Positions 11,734 through 23,899 of a stretch of DNA of 64,000 nucleotides are shown one piece after another (position 1 is the first letter of the stretch; every line of letters begins with the position of its first letter). Under the pieces are notes generated by a model that had not been told where the DNA came from, ran no database searches, and saw only the letters and a program-made list of their open reading frames with translations. The stretch comes from Eukaryota sp. GEM-RC1 (Eukaryota): positions 186,001 to 250,000 of the forward strand of contig JAUFOQ010000010.1 in NCBI GenBank assembly GCA_040285855.1. The letters run 5' to 3'. A program made the position numbers and the translations under genes.

Positions 11734-13655
11734 TTATGAAATTCCAATTCGAAGAATACTTCAGTACAGTTTACTACAAAAACTTAAGCAACACACAAAC
11801 AAACTAATCGATGGAAAGTTGAATCATTGATTTTCAAATATTTCTTTGAAGTGTGGGTGGATGAATGCAGTACAAAATCAGCTCCTAGATACAATATGAT
11901 CGGGTCATCTAATAACTATCACTTCTTTACTAGTGGAGGGCGATGTAGCCGACGTCATCTACATTCAGTCAGTTCTAAGATGTTGTTACTTCTACAGAAA
12001 AAGTACACAGCTCACAACCAACGAAAGAACCAATTGTGGAGTGAAGCGTCTATCGAATGTGTTGTAGTTTGTTTTAGTTCCGTCAATGGGTTTGGTCACT
12101 TTTGTGTTGGCTTGTACTGTATGTGACAATAAATCATTTTACTCTTGTCATCATTATTTACGTTACATTACAGGTTGTATAGTTGTAAAGTTGGAGTGTA
12201 ACGTAAAGCTGGTAATTTTTCAACATTACAAAACTAAATTATTGTAATGTACAACTATGACCAAACAAATCCAATCCAATCATTGGTTTAGCCAGAACAA
12301 GTGGTTTTGTGTCCACCCATATTGTTGTATGATGCGATAAAACTACATTAACAATAATCTATAGCAAACTAAGTATCACATGACTCGTGTATTATGACAA
12401 AAGAGTAATATTATGGAAACTGAAATGAATGATCAATGCAAAGGAACTGTTTGAATTCGAACCAAAATACCTAAACAATGCTTTGAAGACGGAAACAGAC
12501 AAACTTCCTCTCCAAAGACTTTCATTGATTCCATACTGCTTACACAAGTTGCCAAAAGATGTCAGAAATGTTTATCCTGAAAAGTCAAACGTTCCGAAAA
12601 GAGAAACAGCAAAACTATGCAAAAACAAACGGATTATGTCGATGAGAATTCATCTTGGAAATTAATTCACCATAACGATTTAATTTTTTCCTTTCAGCAG
12701 TTTCAAGAGCTGATTAGTTTTCGTCAGAAATCACTTGTTAACAGAAGTTGAGTTACAAGGATCAACCGTAGTCAAGTCCATAATTACTTCTTGAGAGGAC
12801 AACCAAGGACCAATCAAATCTCCTCTACTCTTATCTATCATAATTGAGTCAGACAACGTATTTAAAACTGGTTTAATTATCCCATGAAAACCATTGCTCT
12901 CAAACAATTCTAAACATTGATCACGTAAACTGTTGTGAATAATTGATCATAAAAGAAGAAACTGATGACCGTTGACCACATGTTCGTACATCAATTTGCT
13001 GTATTCAATTCTCGAAGACGCAATAATATTCTCTTTCAGCCTTTTGCGGCGGAAATTGTGGTTCTTCTACTAAAGAAGTATTTGAATTTTTCTTGAATTT
13101 TTTTAATAACTATTTATTTTAACTGTAATAGATCAAACCACTAGAAGTTGATATCATTAAAACAACACCCGTCGCTATCAAATCTTTCAACAGCTTTGTC
13201 CTCATAAAAGGAACTCACTGCTAATAGAGCTTTGGAGATGATTAGGGGAACTGTTTTAAAAACAGTAAAAACGGTCCGATTCAACCATAACATATGATCA
13301 AAACGTTTGTTCATTCTATTTTTTACAATTTTGCCGAAATCGTTTAAAAAATTGAATGCCCTTTTCATAAACGTCCGTAAACTGAAACATCAAAAGGGCA
13401 TAATTCGTATTCGACATGTTTTACGTGTTTTGAAGCCAGCAATGGTTTCTTGTACTTATCCTGCTTGGCCTGTTCAGAAATGTAAAGCGTTCTTTAAAGA
13501 TGTCTTTTTACGAACATCCACTGACACTACATTAACAACAAACAATTTGTCTGCAGAAGAAGGGACAACAACATGCTCTCCGTTTACCAACAAATTGGTT
13601 CTGTTTTTCGACATTACAATTATTACTTGGTTCTAAATATCTTAGAAGTGGTTCA
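11734..13655 (+). repeat. Segmental duplication, copy 1 (unique block plus two minus-strand CRE fragments)
   Basis: Near-identical to 25664-27590; the first ~1.25 kb is also at 38030-39260. Confidence 0.9.
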
Positions 13656-14192
13656 ATAAAACTCTTAAGTGGTGAAAAATACAAAATCAATAAAATTCAG
13701 AAACGCCTTTTATTTACTCTTACAAATACAAACTATCATCAATATTAACAAATGAGATACAAATACCTCTATAGCATCTCAAATTCATGTCTCAATGCAA
13801 AGAGACGGTTCAAAATTGAATCAAATACCTGAACAATGCTTTGAAAAGGGAAAACGACAACCTTCCTCTCCAGCAACTTTCATTAAAATTCTTTCCATAC
13901 TGCTTACACAATTTGCCAAAATCTGTGAGAAATTGTTGACCGAAGCAACCAAACGTTCCATAAAGAGAAATAGCAAAAGGATGGAAAACAAAAGGATTGT
14001 GTCGGCAAGAACTCATCTTGGAAATTAATTCACCATAACGATTTAATTTTTGTCTTTCAGCAGTTTCAAGAGCTGAATAGTTTTCGTCTACAATTTTGTT
14101 AACAGAAGTTGAGTTACAAGGATATACCGTAGTAAAGTCCATAATTATTTCTTGAGAGGACAACCAAGGACCAATCAAATCACCTCTGCTCT
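13612..14192 (-). mobile_element. CRE-like RLE fragment, duplicated at 19792-20433
   Basis: SRGDLIGPW..MDFT..AERQKLNRY..PFAISLYG. Confidence 0.85.
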
Positions 14193-14930
14193 TAGAAAAC
14201 GGCACCTGTCCCTAAAAAGATAATTGAATCGACGGGTTCTCTATGGGCTGATAGACCATTTGCTAGACTTAATGTCGACACAATCGGTCCACTTCCAAAA
14301 GACCAAAATGGAAACCAATTCCTATTGGTGTTTGTAGATTCTTTCACCAGATACAGCATTTTGAGCCCCCTCGAAGAACTTAACAGTAGAGAAGTAGCAT
14401 ATCGTCTTGTGTGGGATGTGATTGCCATCTTTGGAATACCGTTTTGTATCTATAGTGATAATGGTACGGAGTTTGCCAATGCTATTTTCGAGGCAATATG
14501 TAACCTGCTGGTGATTGAAGTAAGTCGTTCGATTCCTCATTTCTCCCAGAGTAATGGACTGGTGGAACGACGTCACAGAGACGTTCTGCAAAGCCTACGT
14601 GACCTCCTTGTGGACTTCAATGATTATGACAATTGGTCAACGTACATTCCAACTGTACAGTTGCAGATCAACGCAACAAAGAGTTCAATTACTGGGCATA
14701 CTCCTTACGAACTGATGTTTGGTAATGACATAAGTTCTGGTGCAGATCCTAGTGGTTTACTAGATGCTGTTGAGAAATCAACCAAGAATGTTTCGTTTAT
14801 TAACTAGTAAGCTACATGGTAACTACACTGAACCTATTCTAGTTGTCTCAGTTGATTCAAAATCTTCTGTTTCATTAAAGAATCTAATCACTGGACATGT
14901 TAGTAAGACTAGCATTCATCAATGTGCATG
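14192..14930 (+). mobile_element. Ty3/Gypsy integrase fragment, inverted duplicate of 2027-2890 with a deletion
   Basis: Near-identical DDE core (VDSFTRY, SDNGTEF, SNGLVER). Confidence 0.9.
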
Positions 14931-17900
14931 TTGCTACATCCCCTACTTGTGAAGATAACTCTCAACCTTTGCCCCCCGACGTTTTTCCTGGTGCTATTCA
15001 AAAATCTGCAAACTGTGTAGTAAAACTTGTGAAATCCTGTGTGTCTGAAGGTACTACCTTTTTATGTCTTGAATGTGCATCGCTTGATTCTCTTAGACCT
15101 CCTATCAAAATTCCAAATCAACTTAGTCCAAAAGCGTCTATTCCTTTTTCCGTTGCTTTCCGTTCCTTCACAATCTCTTTGAAATCAGGGAAATGGGATA
15201 TGATTCCTGTTTGGAAGTTTTTCTTTGACAAACAAGTACAGAAGAATCCAGCAAAAGTTCCTGACATTTTCCACCCTTGTAAAATATCCGTTGATAAACA
15301 TATTCGTAAGCAATGCTTCGTGGTCCTGGACCTTCTGGTATTGCTGTTGATGTTTTGAAAGCGGTCTGTGGACGAAATTCGTGAATTGTGGAAGACCTTT
15401 GTGATTTTTTCAATGACGTTCTCTTGTTGAAAGTTGTTGCCCCAAAAGAACTCAGTGCCTCGCGTTTGGTTGCTTTAGTGAAACCAAATAAGAAAATTCG
15501 TCCAATTGCTGTCGGGGAATCGATGGATAGAGTTTTCTCATCTCTACTAGTAGTTCTCTAGATTTTTAAACAAAGCTCAGAAATATTTACCCCCTTTTCA
15601 GTATGGAATTAAAACAATTGATGGTGCTTCAGTTGCAGCTTTGACATCTGATCTTTTTTTAAACACCAAAATTGACAATTTTGTTTTTAATCTTGACTTT
15701 AAAAACGCATTCAACTCGGTTAAACGTGCTGCTATTTTGCCACAATTACAAGAACATTTTCCAGAATTGGAATCTTTTTTCATACTTTCTATGGTAATTC
15801 TTCTGATTTGGTCTACAACTCGGCTTATCTTTCTTCTTTAACCGGTGTTGAACAAGGCGATCCTCTTGGTCCTTTTTTCTTCTGCCTTGCTATTCACCCC
15901 ATCCTCAACCATCTTAAATCCAAGTATAAGGATTTGGAAATTGTGGCTTATATGGATGACATTTCATTTATCGCACCTTTTGAGACTATACAAGCAATTT
16001 CTGCAGAAGCTGCCACTTTGTATGAAGAGATTGGTTTAAATTTAAATATTCAAAAATGTTTCGTTATAGGAAAAGAACCAAAGTTATTAACAATTCGTTC
16101 AATTGAAGTTCCTTTCATTAGTTATTCTGCTTCAAGTTTCAGATTTCTTGGTTGTTTTTTTGGTAAAAAAGAAGATATTGTCAAAAACCTTGATGATTAT
16201 TTGAATTCGATTCAAGAAGAGTTGGATAAGATTAAAGTTCTTGAAATTGAAAAACATTTAAAATTCTTCATGCTCAAGATTTGTTATTCTGGTAAAATTA
16301 CTCATCTTTTAAGGTGCCTTGCTCCTGAGTTATCGTATGATTTCTGTAGAGCTTTTAACAAAATTCGCACAGACTTTCTTTCATTTCTCCTTCAAGTCAA
16401 CCCCAATATTTCAAATAAATACACATTTTCCAGTCCATATCTTAGAGGTTTGGGATTTACATCTTCTAAATGGTGGACTAAAGCAGCTTTTATTGGTGGA
16501 GGAAAGAATTTTGTTTTCGAGTTTTGTAATCGATATCCATCAAGAACTTCTTATCTTGAAAGTACTACATTGTAGCAGCTTTTATCTTAATCATCTCCGT
16601 GGTGAAATAGGAAATCTTTCTCCTGAGCTATGGTCAACTTGCTTTCCTGTTAATATCAAAGAAATTCCATGTCGAAACATTTTGTCTTTAAAGTTTGCTT
16701 TAAAAAAGCTACAAAATTTTGATAAAAGATAATTTTATGTTATAAATTAACGAAATACAAACAACTAGTACTTAAAAGATATTAAATGATCCACATCTAC
16801 TCTTGAACTACCATGATACAATTTGTCCAGAATACGATTCAAATACTTTGGGAAACTTCTATATAAGGAAAAAACAATGCGATTGCGCCAAATAGACTGA
16901 TTAAAATTTTTCCTATGGTCATGGCACAATTTTGAAAAGGCATCAAAAAAAATTTCAGCAGCAAATCCAATATTACCAAGAATTGAAATAGCAAAAGGAA
17001 TGAACTTAAAAGAAGAATACAAATTGGAATTCAGTTTGATCATTGTGTCAGAATATGTACTAATTTTTCTTTTTTCAGCTTTGGATAAATGATTTTCAGT
17101 ATCACTCGAAACTGAATTCAAATATACTTTAGCACATGGATCCACAGTAGTAAAATCTATCACAGCTTGACAAGAATCAAGATATGGAACAATGAGATCA
17201 CCTCGTCGAGAATTGGTAATATTATCATCACTATAATGCTTAAGAAGAGGTTCGATTTTCCCATTAAACCCATGACATTTAAACATTTCATAAGTAACGT
17301 CACGAACAGCATTGTGTTAAATCGATCTAAACTGAAGAAATTTTTTGCAACTAACAATGTGTCTGAAGTCAGCCTTTTGTCTCTTCACAACAACACATAG
17401 TATTAGCTAACAATTCAGATGGAAACAGACCTAAGCGAAGACGCATACAAAATCATTTATTAAAATATTTTTGAAAGTTTAGATTTTACAGATCGTCTTA
17501 GCTCGGCTAAGGAAAAAAATCCGGCTTTCGCTAATTTTTTAATTGATTTAAAGGAGAGTTCTGATGTGGCATTAATTAATCAAATTCCACAAGTATATGG
17601 TTTGTTATTAAATGATCATCAATGGACCACTACAATGAGACTTCGTTGTTATTTATGGCCATATAATTTGCCAAATGATCTTCAATGTAGCTGTGGAAAA
17701 CAATTAACGTTTTCTCATCTGTTAAGTTGTAATCGTTACATAACTTATCGAACGTGTATGCATGATGCTGTAAGAGATCAAATACATGCTATGTGTAAGT
17801 CTTACAAAATTGAGTCATTTGTTGAACCACTTTTAAGATCTTTAGAACCAAGAAATAATTGTAATGTCGAAAAACAGAACCAATTTTTTGGTAAAACGGA

Positions 17901-18278
17901 GAGCAGATTTTGTTGTCCCTTCTTCTTCAGACAAATTGTTTGTTGTTGATGTAGTGTCGGTGGATGTTTGTAAAAAGACATCTTTAAAGAACGCTTCGTC
18001 TGAAACTTCTCCTTTAGACATTTCTGAACAGGCCAAACAGGATAAGTACAAGAAACCATTGCTGGCTTCCAAAACACGTAAAACATGTTGAATACGAATT
18101 TTGCCCTTTTGATGTTTCCAGTTTACGGACGTTTGGGAAAGGTGCAATGAATTTTTTAAACGATTTCGGAAAAATCGTAAAAAATAGGATGAACAAACGT
18201 TTTGATCATATGTTATGGTTGAATCGGATCGTTGTTACTGTTTTTAAAACAGTTTCCCTAATCATCTCCAGAGCTTTA
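14930..18278 (+). mobile_element. Second CRE-A copy with the same antisense CRE-B insert (about 16718-17445) and a Tc1 footprint in place of the Tc1 element
   Basis: Colinear with 4083-9870; RT motifs GVEQGDPLGP and AYMDD. Confidence 0.9.
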
Positions 18279-18284
18279 TCAGAA

Positions 18285-19440
18285 TCAATTTTTATCAAAA
18301 TTCTTACCACCACCAATGAAAGCAGATTTGGTCCACCATTTAGACGAAGTAAAACCAATACCACCTAGATGAGGATCTGAGAAGATGTGATTGTTCAAAG
18401 CAGCAGGATCCACTGATAACAAATATGCTAGAAAGTCAGTACGAATTTTGTTAAAGCTTCTACAGAAGTTATAGGTAAGTACAGGGGGCAAAGAGCGAAG
18501 CAGATGAGTAACTTTTCCTGAATAACAAATTTTTAGCATAAAGAATTTGAGATTGACGCTCCTTATAAGATGTTTGACTAATCTTCAGTTTTGTCTGAAA
18601 AAATTGCAGCAGAAACTAACAAATATAATAATATTCAAATATATTTGAAATCTTGGATTATAGCGTTCGTCCAAGGAAAAAATCGCTTTTGCAAATTTCT
18701 TAATGGATGTTTCTAATAGCTCTGCTTCATGTCTGATTACTCAAATCCCTCAAGTTTACGGTCTTTTTCTTCATGATAATTCTTGGTCATTAAACATGCG
18801 TTTATGGTCATATATTTGGCCTGATAACCTTCCACATAATTTGAAATGCCAATGTGGGCAATCTGTAACACCTACACATTTATTGAATTGTTACCGTTTT
18901 ATTTCTTTTAGAAGTAAGGTTCATGATTCGGTAAGGGATCAATTATATTGTATGTGTAAATCTTATGGAATAGTTTCCTTTTTAGAACCAATGGTTTGTT
19001 TGATGATACGGATGTTCACAAATCGCTTGGAAATAGCCGTGGTGATGTGATATTTCCTGGTCTTGATAGATCTTCCATTATTGCTGATGTTAAGTCTATC
19101 GATGTTTGTAACGACTGCAACAAGAAAATGTCAAATCAATTACTAAAAACCCATCTTAAGTGGAGAGTTCTGCTGTGGCATTAATTAAACAAATTCCACA
19201 AGTATATGGTTTGTTATCAAATGATCATCAATGGACCACTACCATGAGACTTCGTTGTTATTTATGGCCATATAATTTGCCAAATGATCTTCAATGTAGC
19301 TGTGGAAAACAATTAGCGTTTTCTCATCTGTTAAGTTGTAATCGCTACATAACTTATCGAACGTGTATGCATGAAGCTGTAAGAGATCAAATACATACTA
19401 TGTGTAATGATGTTAAAACGATTCAACCATAACATATGAT
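18285..19440. mobile_element. Patchwork of CRE fragments (-, +, +)
   Basis: KVTHLLRSLPP..GGIGF on minus; CQCG..HLLNC..HDSVRD..SRGD on plus; CRE-A CSCG..HEAVRD on plus. Confidence 0.8.
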
Positions 19441-19446
19441 CAAACC

Positions 19447-19570
19447 AGTGTTCGAAATTTCCCGCGTGTTTTTTAAAAGACACCGTGTCGGTGTTAACAC
19501 GCGTGTCCACACGGTGTTTTTGATGAGTCTTTTGGGTGTTTTTGCGTGTTTTTTCGAAAAAAAATTTCTG
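19447..19570 (+). mobile_element. Single hAT-like terminus with GTGT-rich subterminal repeats
   Basis: CAGTGTTCGAAAT followed by repeated cgtgt/ggtgt/acac motifs. Confidence 0.45.
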
Positions 19571-20080
19571 ATCGATGGTGCAGAGTTTGACTAACAAAAC
19601 ATTCTTTTGGGCCAATTCTTGTCTTTATCTGACATCTCATCACTGAATCTTGGATTATGTGGTTCTGTTGAGTTGAATTGGTGGTCTAGGTTTGTTTGAC
19701 AGCGCATCATGTCAGTATTTTTGCCACTTTTTGTTGGCATTGTAGTCTAATGTGGTATAACATATTGGAAAACATTCCAGTCGAACAGGACATTACAATT
19801 ATTACTTGGTTCTAAATATCTTAAAAGTGGTTCAATAAAACTCTTAAGTGGTGAAAAATACAAAATCAATAAAATTAAGAAAAGCCTTTTATTTACTCTT
19901 ACAAATACAAACTATCATCAATATTAACAAATGAGATACAAATACCTCTATAGCATCTCAAATTCATGTCTCAATGCAAAGAGACGGTTCAAAATTGAAT
20001 CAAATACCTGAACAATGCTTTGAAAAGGGAAAACGACAACCTTCCTCTCCGGCAACTTTCATTAAAGTTCTTTCCATACT

Positions 20081-20131
20081 TTTTTTTACAGATTTATATT
20101 TTATTGACAACAACACTACAGTGTACATACA
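20081..20131 (-). mobile_element. 51-bp CRE 3'UTR plus poly(A) insertion with a 12-bp TSD
   Basis: TCTTTCCATACT at 20069-20080 and 20132-20143. Absent from the paralogue at 13890. The insert matches the UTR at 21874-21900 and 1465-1515. Confidence 0.85.
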
Positions 20132-20497
20132 TCTTTCCATACTGCTTACACAAATTGCCAAAATCTGTGAGAAATTGTTGACCGAAGCAACCAAACGTTC
20201 CATAAAGAGAAATAGCAAAAGGATGGAAAACAAAAGGATTGTGTCGGCGAGAATTCATCTTGGAAATTAATTCACCATAACGATTTAATTTTTGTCTTTC
20301 AGCAGTTTCAAGAGCTGAATAGTTTTCGTCTACAATTTTGTTAACAGAAGTTGAGTTACAAGGATATACCGTAGTAAAGTCCATAATTATTTCTTGAGAC
20401 GACAACCAACGACCAATCAAATCACCTCTGCTCTTATCTCTCATAATTGGGTCAGACAAAGTATTTAAAACTGGTTCGATTTTCCCATTGAATTATA

Positions 20498-21556
20498 TGT
20501 TAGTGAAGATAGTGATACCTAGTGGATATCTTCACATCTGATGACGTGTCACTTAGTCTTAAGGATTTCTTTATACAATAAACGCTTCTTTCTTATCAAC
20601 GTTGACCTTACGGCAACAATAATTATTGTTGCCTATGACTGTCTCATCTACTAACCCTAGAAAGTTCCGTGATCTTGCTTTCTTTGTCCCGCCAAAGCTT
20701 GCAACCTTCACAAGGAACGAGATTCAAACCTTCCTCGAGGAAGTTGATGTGTATACGTCTATTACAGACAAGAAGCATCAGGTAACCCTCCGGCTTATGC
20801 TGGATCCGGTTTTGCTCAGGTCGCTCCATCTCTCCGAGCCTGACCTTGAAGCATCTGATGAGGCTCTCCTTGAGTATCTCAAACGGCAGGTACAATTCTC
20901 AACTTACGAGGAGTTCAACCAGACGATTTCTGGTCTGCGTATGGATGTACGCATTGGTGAACCTCGTGAGCGGATGAACGAGTATCTGCGCAGGTTTGTG
21001 AGAATTCGGGATCGAGCTGAATCTCTCAGCTTACCAGATAAGGTTCTGGTCAAGCGTTTTGCCAGAGGGATTTGTCCCAAAGGTCTGTCCAGTTCGTTGA
21101 TTTCGCGTATTAACAATGAACTCATAACTTCTCTCCCTGAAGTTATTTCCGTTGCTTCTGATGAACTTCTTGATCTTTCACGAGTTTCGTCGTGGTTAAA
21201 GAAAGACAGTTCTGTGCTCGACTCTCTTCCAGCCGTGGAATCTCGCAACCAACAGCGTTCTAATGACAGAAAACGCAACATTTGCTTTAAATGCCATAGA
21301 TCTGGCCACAAAGCCAATGAATGCTCTTATACAGCCAAAGAGGAGTCCATCAACTCCATCATCGTAGATGAACCTAAACATACTTTTGATAATAGCTGTT
21401 ATACAAACCCTATAAAAAAAGCTGAGAAGGGGTAGTGTTAGTGAAGATAGTGATACCTAGTAGATGTCTTCACATCTGATGACGTGTCACTTAGTCTTAA
21501 GGATTTCTTTATACAATAAACGCTTCTTTCTTATCAACGTTGACCTTACGGCAACA
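20498..21556 (+). mobile_element. Complete gag-only LTR retroelement (Ty3/Gypsy-like) with 121-bp LTRs and a TATA TSD
   Basis: LTRs TGTT...AACA at 20498-20618 and 21436-21556 (2 mismatches); TATA at 20494-20497 and 21557-21560; polypurine tract before the 3' LTR. Confidence 0.95.
20635..21435 (+). CDS. Gag protein with a CCHC zinc knuckle
   Basis: Intact 266-aa ORF with EYLRRF..IR (capsid major-homology-like region) and CFKCHRSGHKANEC; the stop codon abuts the 3' LTR. Confidence 0.9.
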   Translation: MTVSSTNPRKFRDLAFFVPPKLATFTRNEIQTFLEEVDVYTSITDKKHQVTLRLMLDPVLLRSLHLSEPDLEASDEALLEYLKRQVQFSTYEEFNQTISGLRMDVRIGEPRERMNEYLRRFVRIRDRAESLSLPDKVLVKRFARGICPKGLSSSLISRINNELITSLPEVISVASDELLDLSRVSSWLKKDSSVLDSLPAVESRNQQRSNDRKRNICFKCHRSGHKANECSYTAKEESINSIIVDEPKHTFDNSCYTNPIKKAEKG

Positions 21557-21560
21557 TATA

Positions 21561-21965
21561 CTAAATTGAAATTATTTGATTCGAATTACTTGTTGTATTC
21601 TTTTGTATTTTCACTGTACGGTTCTTTAGGTGAATCTGCAACATCATTACTTGAAATCTTTGTGAAGATTGTAAAAGGAAAAACATCTACAAGACGTCTG
21701 TCAGACTTTTGATCTTAGATTTTGGAAAATTCGAATTGTGTTTGCTATCTTTAAAGGTATGGTGACTTCTGTATCTAGCGCTTTATTATCTCTTGGCAGA
21801 CATTATGAGGATAATGTTGGTGAGAATTTCCAGATAGGAAATCTGCACTTTGAGGATATTGATTATTAGATTTATGTACACTGTAGTGTTCGTTGTCAAA
21901 TTATTATGTAATTTTCAGCACGATATTTAGTTTCATGTTGTGTGTTTGTCCCACATAAATCCATT
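21561..21965 (+). mobile_element. CRE-like 3' end fragment
   Basis: FVFSLYGSLG..WKIRIVFAIFKG..EDIDY* followed by a UTR. Confidence 0.7.
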
Positions 21966-22010
21966 TCTTATACTTATTTCTTATTTAATTCTTAATCATT
22001 TTCTTTTGAT

Positions 22011-23330
22011 ATGCTGCAAGTTTGTTTTGGTGGTAAAATTAATCACTTTTTACGTGGTTTACCGCCTGAACTAACTATTGAATTATCTCGTAATTTTAAT
22101 TCGTTGCGCACAAATTTTGTTAGTTATCTGATTGGTAACAAAGACTCTTCACTTCCTTCTCATTGTTTCACTTCTACTTCTTTTGGTGGTATTGGTTTCA
22201 CGAAAGCTAAGTACATGCGTGATGGTGCCTTTTTGGGGTCTTTAAAGAATTTTTTGTTTGAATTTCAGAATCGTTATCCTGTGTTATGGAAAACGAAAGA
22301 TTTTTTACTTCACTCACCTTGTGCATGGTTAATTAGTCTTCAAAATTTAATTGATAGTGTTGACTCCAATTTGTGGTCAGATTTACTTCCTGTTGGGGTA
22401 ACAGAAATTCAGCAGAGAAGCATTTTCTCTTTGCCTTTGTGTGTTCGCAAGTTACAGAAGAAGTTTGTTTTGTTTCACGAAAGCTTGGACTTTAAAAACC
22501 GTATTAGCTTGGCTAAGACTAAGAGTCCCGCTTTTTGTGCTTTTTTGAATGATATTTCTTCAAGCACTGCGTCTTCATTTGTTTCTCGTTTGCCAAGAAA
22601 ATTTTGTTTTAATCTTAAGGATCATGAATGGCTTATAAACATGAGACTTAGGTGAGGTTTATGGCCTTCAGGTCTTTTGAAGCATTCTCCATGTCTTTGT
22701 GGTCGTTCAAAGGCTTCAAATTTTCATCATTTAGTTAACTGTCATCAATTTATTCATTTTCGATCAATTATTCACAACAGTATCCGGGATACATGTTTGG
22801 ATATGTTTAAGGCTAATGGTTTTCATGGAAAAATTGAACCTTTACTTGCTAATCTTTCTGATCAGCCAAAAGTTGATAGAAGTCGTGGTGATTTGATTGG
22901 TCCTTGGTAATTTTGTCAGGAAATTATCATGGATTTCACGACTGTTGATCCTTGTAATCGGATATCAATTTCCAAAATTTTTGATGATGATTTTTCTGCT
23001 CTTGAAGTGGCTGAAAAAGGAAAAAATTCAAAGTACTGTCACTTTTTTAACCAATTGAATGTTGACAGGTACAATTCTTTTGTGTTTCAACCTTTTGCGA
23101 TGTCGATGTACGGTAATATTGGACCAGCTGCACAAGGTTTTTTAACTTCCTTTGGTAAATTGTGTTCTGAGTATGGTAAAGTTTTCAATGAAAATTTTTG
23201 GTTGAGTAGGTTAACGTTTGCGTTGTTTCGTTCAATGCACAGATATTTTAATTCAATTTTGGGTAAGTTGTTCGGTGATGGACAGAAGAATCATAGTTTA
23301 GATACTTTAGTTAGTGTCTGTTAGTTATTA
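22011..23330 (+). mobile_element. 5'-truncated CRE-like element (post-RT region plus RLE), in frame with two stops
   Basis: KINHFLRGLPP, GGIGF, CLCG..HHLVNC..HNSIRD, SRGDL, MDFT, AEKGK..KY, PFAMSMYG. Confidence 0.9.
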
Positions 23331-23899
23331 ACTTCTGCAAATGCATTTATTTCACTGACTGATCATAAACCCCGTTTTTTTTCTTATACTACATGCGTGA
23401 TGTCTTTCGTTTACAGCCAAAGAGACTGATTAAAATTTGGATTTGATCCCGAATTGGTTTTGAAAAATCATCACAGAAATCATCAGCAGCACTTCCAGTA
23501 TAACCAAGAATTGATTGATTCTACTACATGAAAAGGAATATTTTTATGCAAATGCGAATCAAAACTCCAAATAAGATAATTGTATAAATGTACTGTTTTT
23601 TGTATCAGATTTGTTCTAATGAACTTCATGGCATTACTTTCTCTGCTTTCAAATACCCTGATTTTACTCAGAAACGTGGTGATTTTATTGGCCCTTGGCT
23701 TTCATGCCAGGACATTGTCGTTGATCATCAAGTTGCTGCATTGAATTCATGAACACACAATAATATCGTATTTCGGCGTTTTGCAGTTTCTTTGTACGGA
23801 AATTTCGGTTCATCTACTAAGGAGTTTTTATATTTTTTTAGAAATATCTTTTATCTCTTAAAGACACATAAAGTCTAAAGACGTAAAAAAAATTAACAA

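Noticed and set aside
11827..12126. ORF MIFKYFFEVWVDE... recurring three times as a conserved gene
   Set aside because: It recurs only because of the duplication, has non-ATG starts, and is frameshifted in copy 3.
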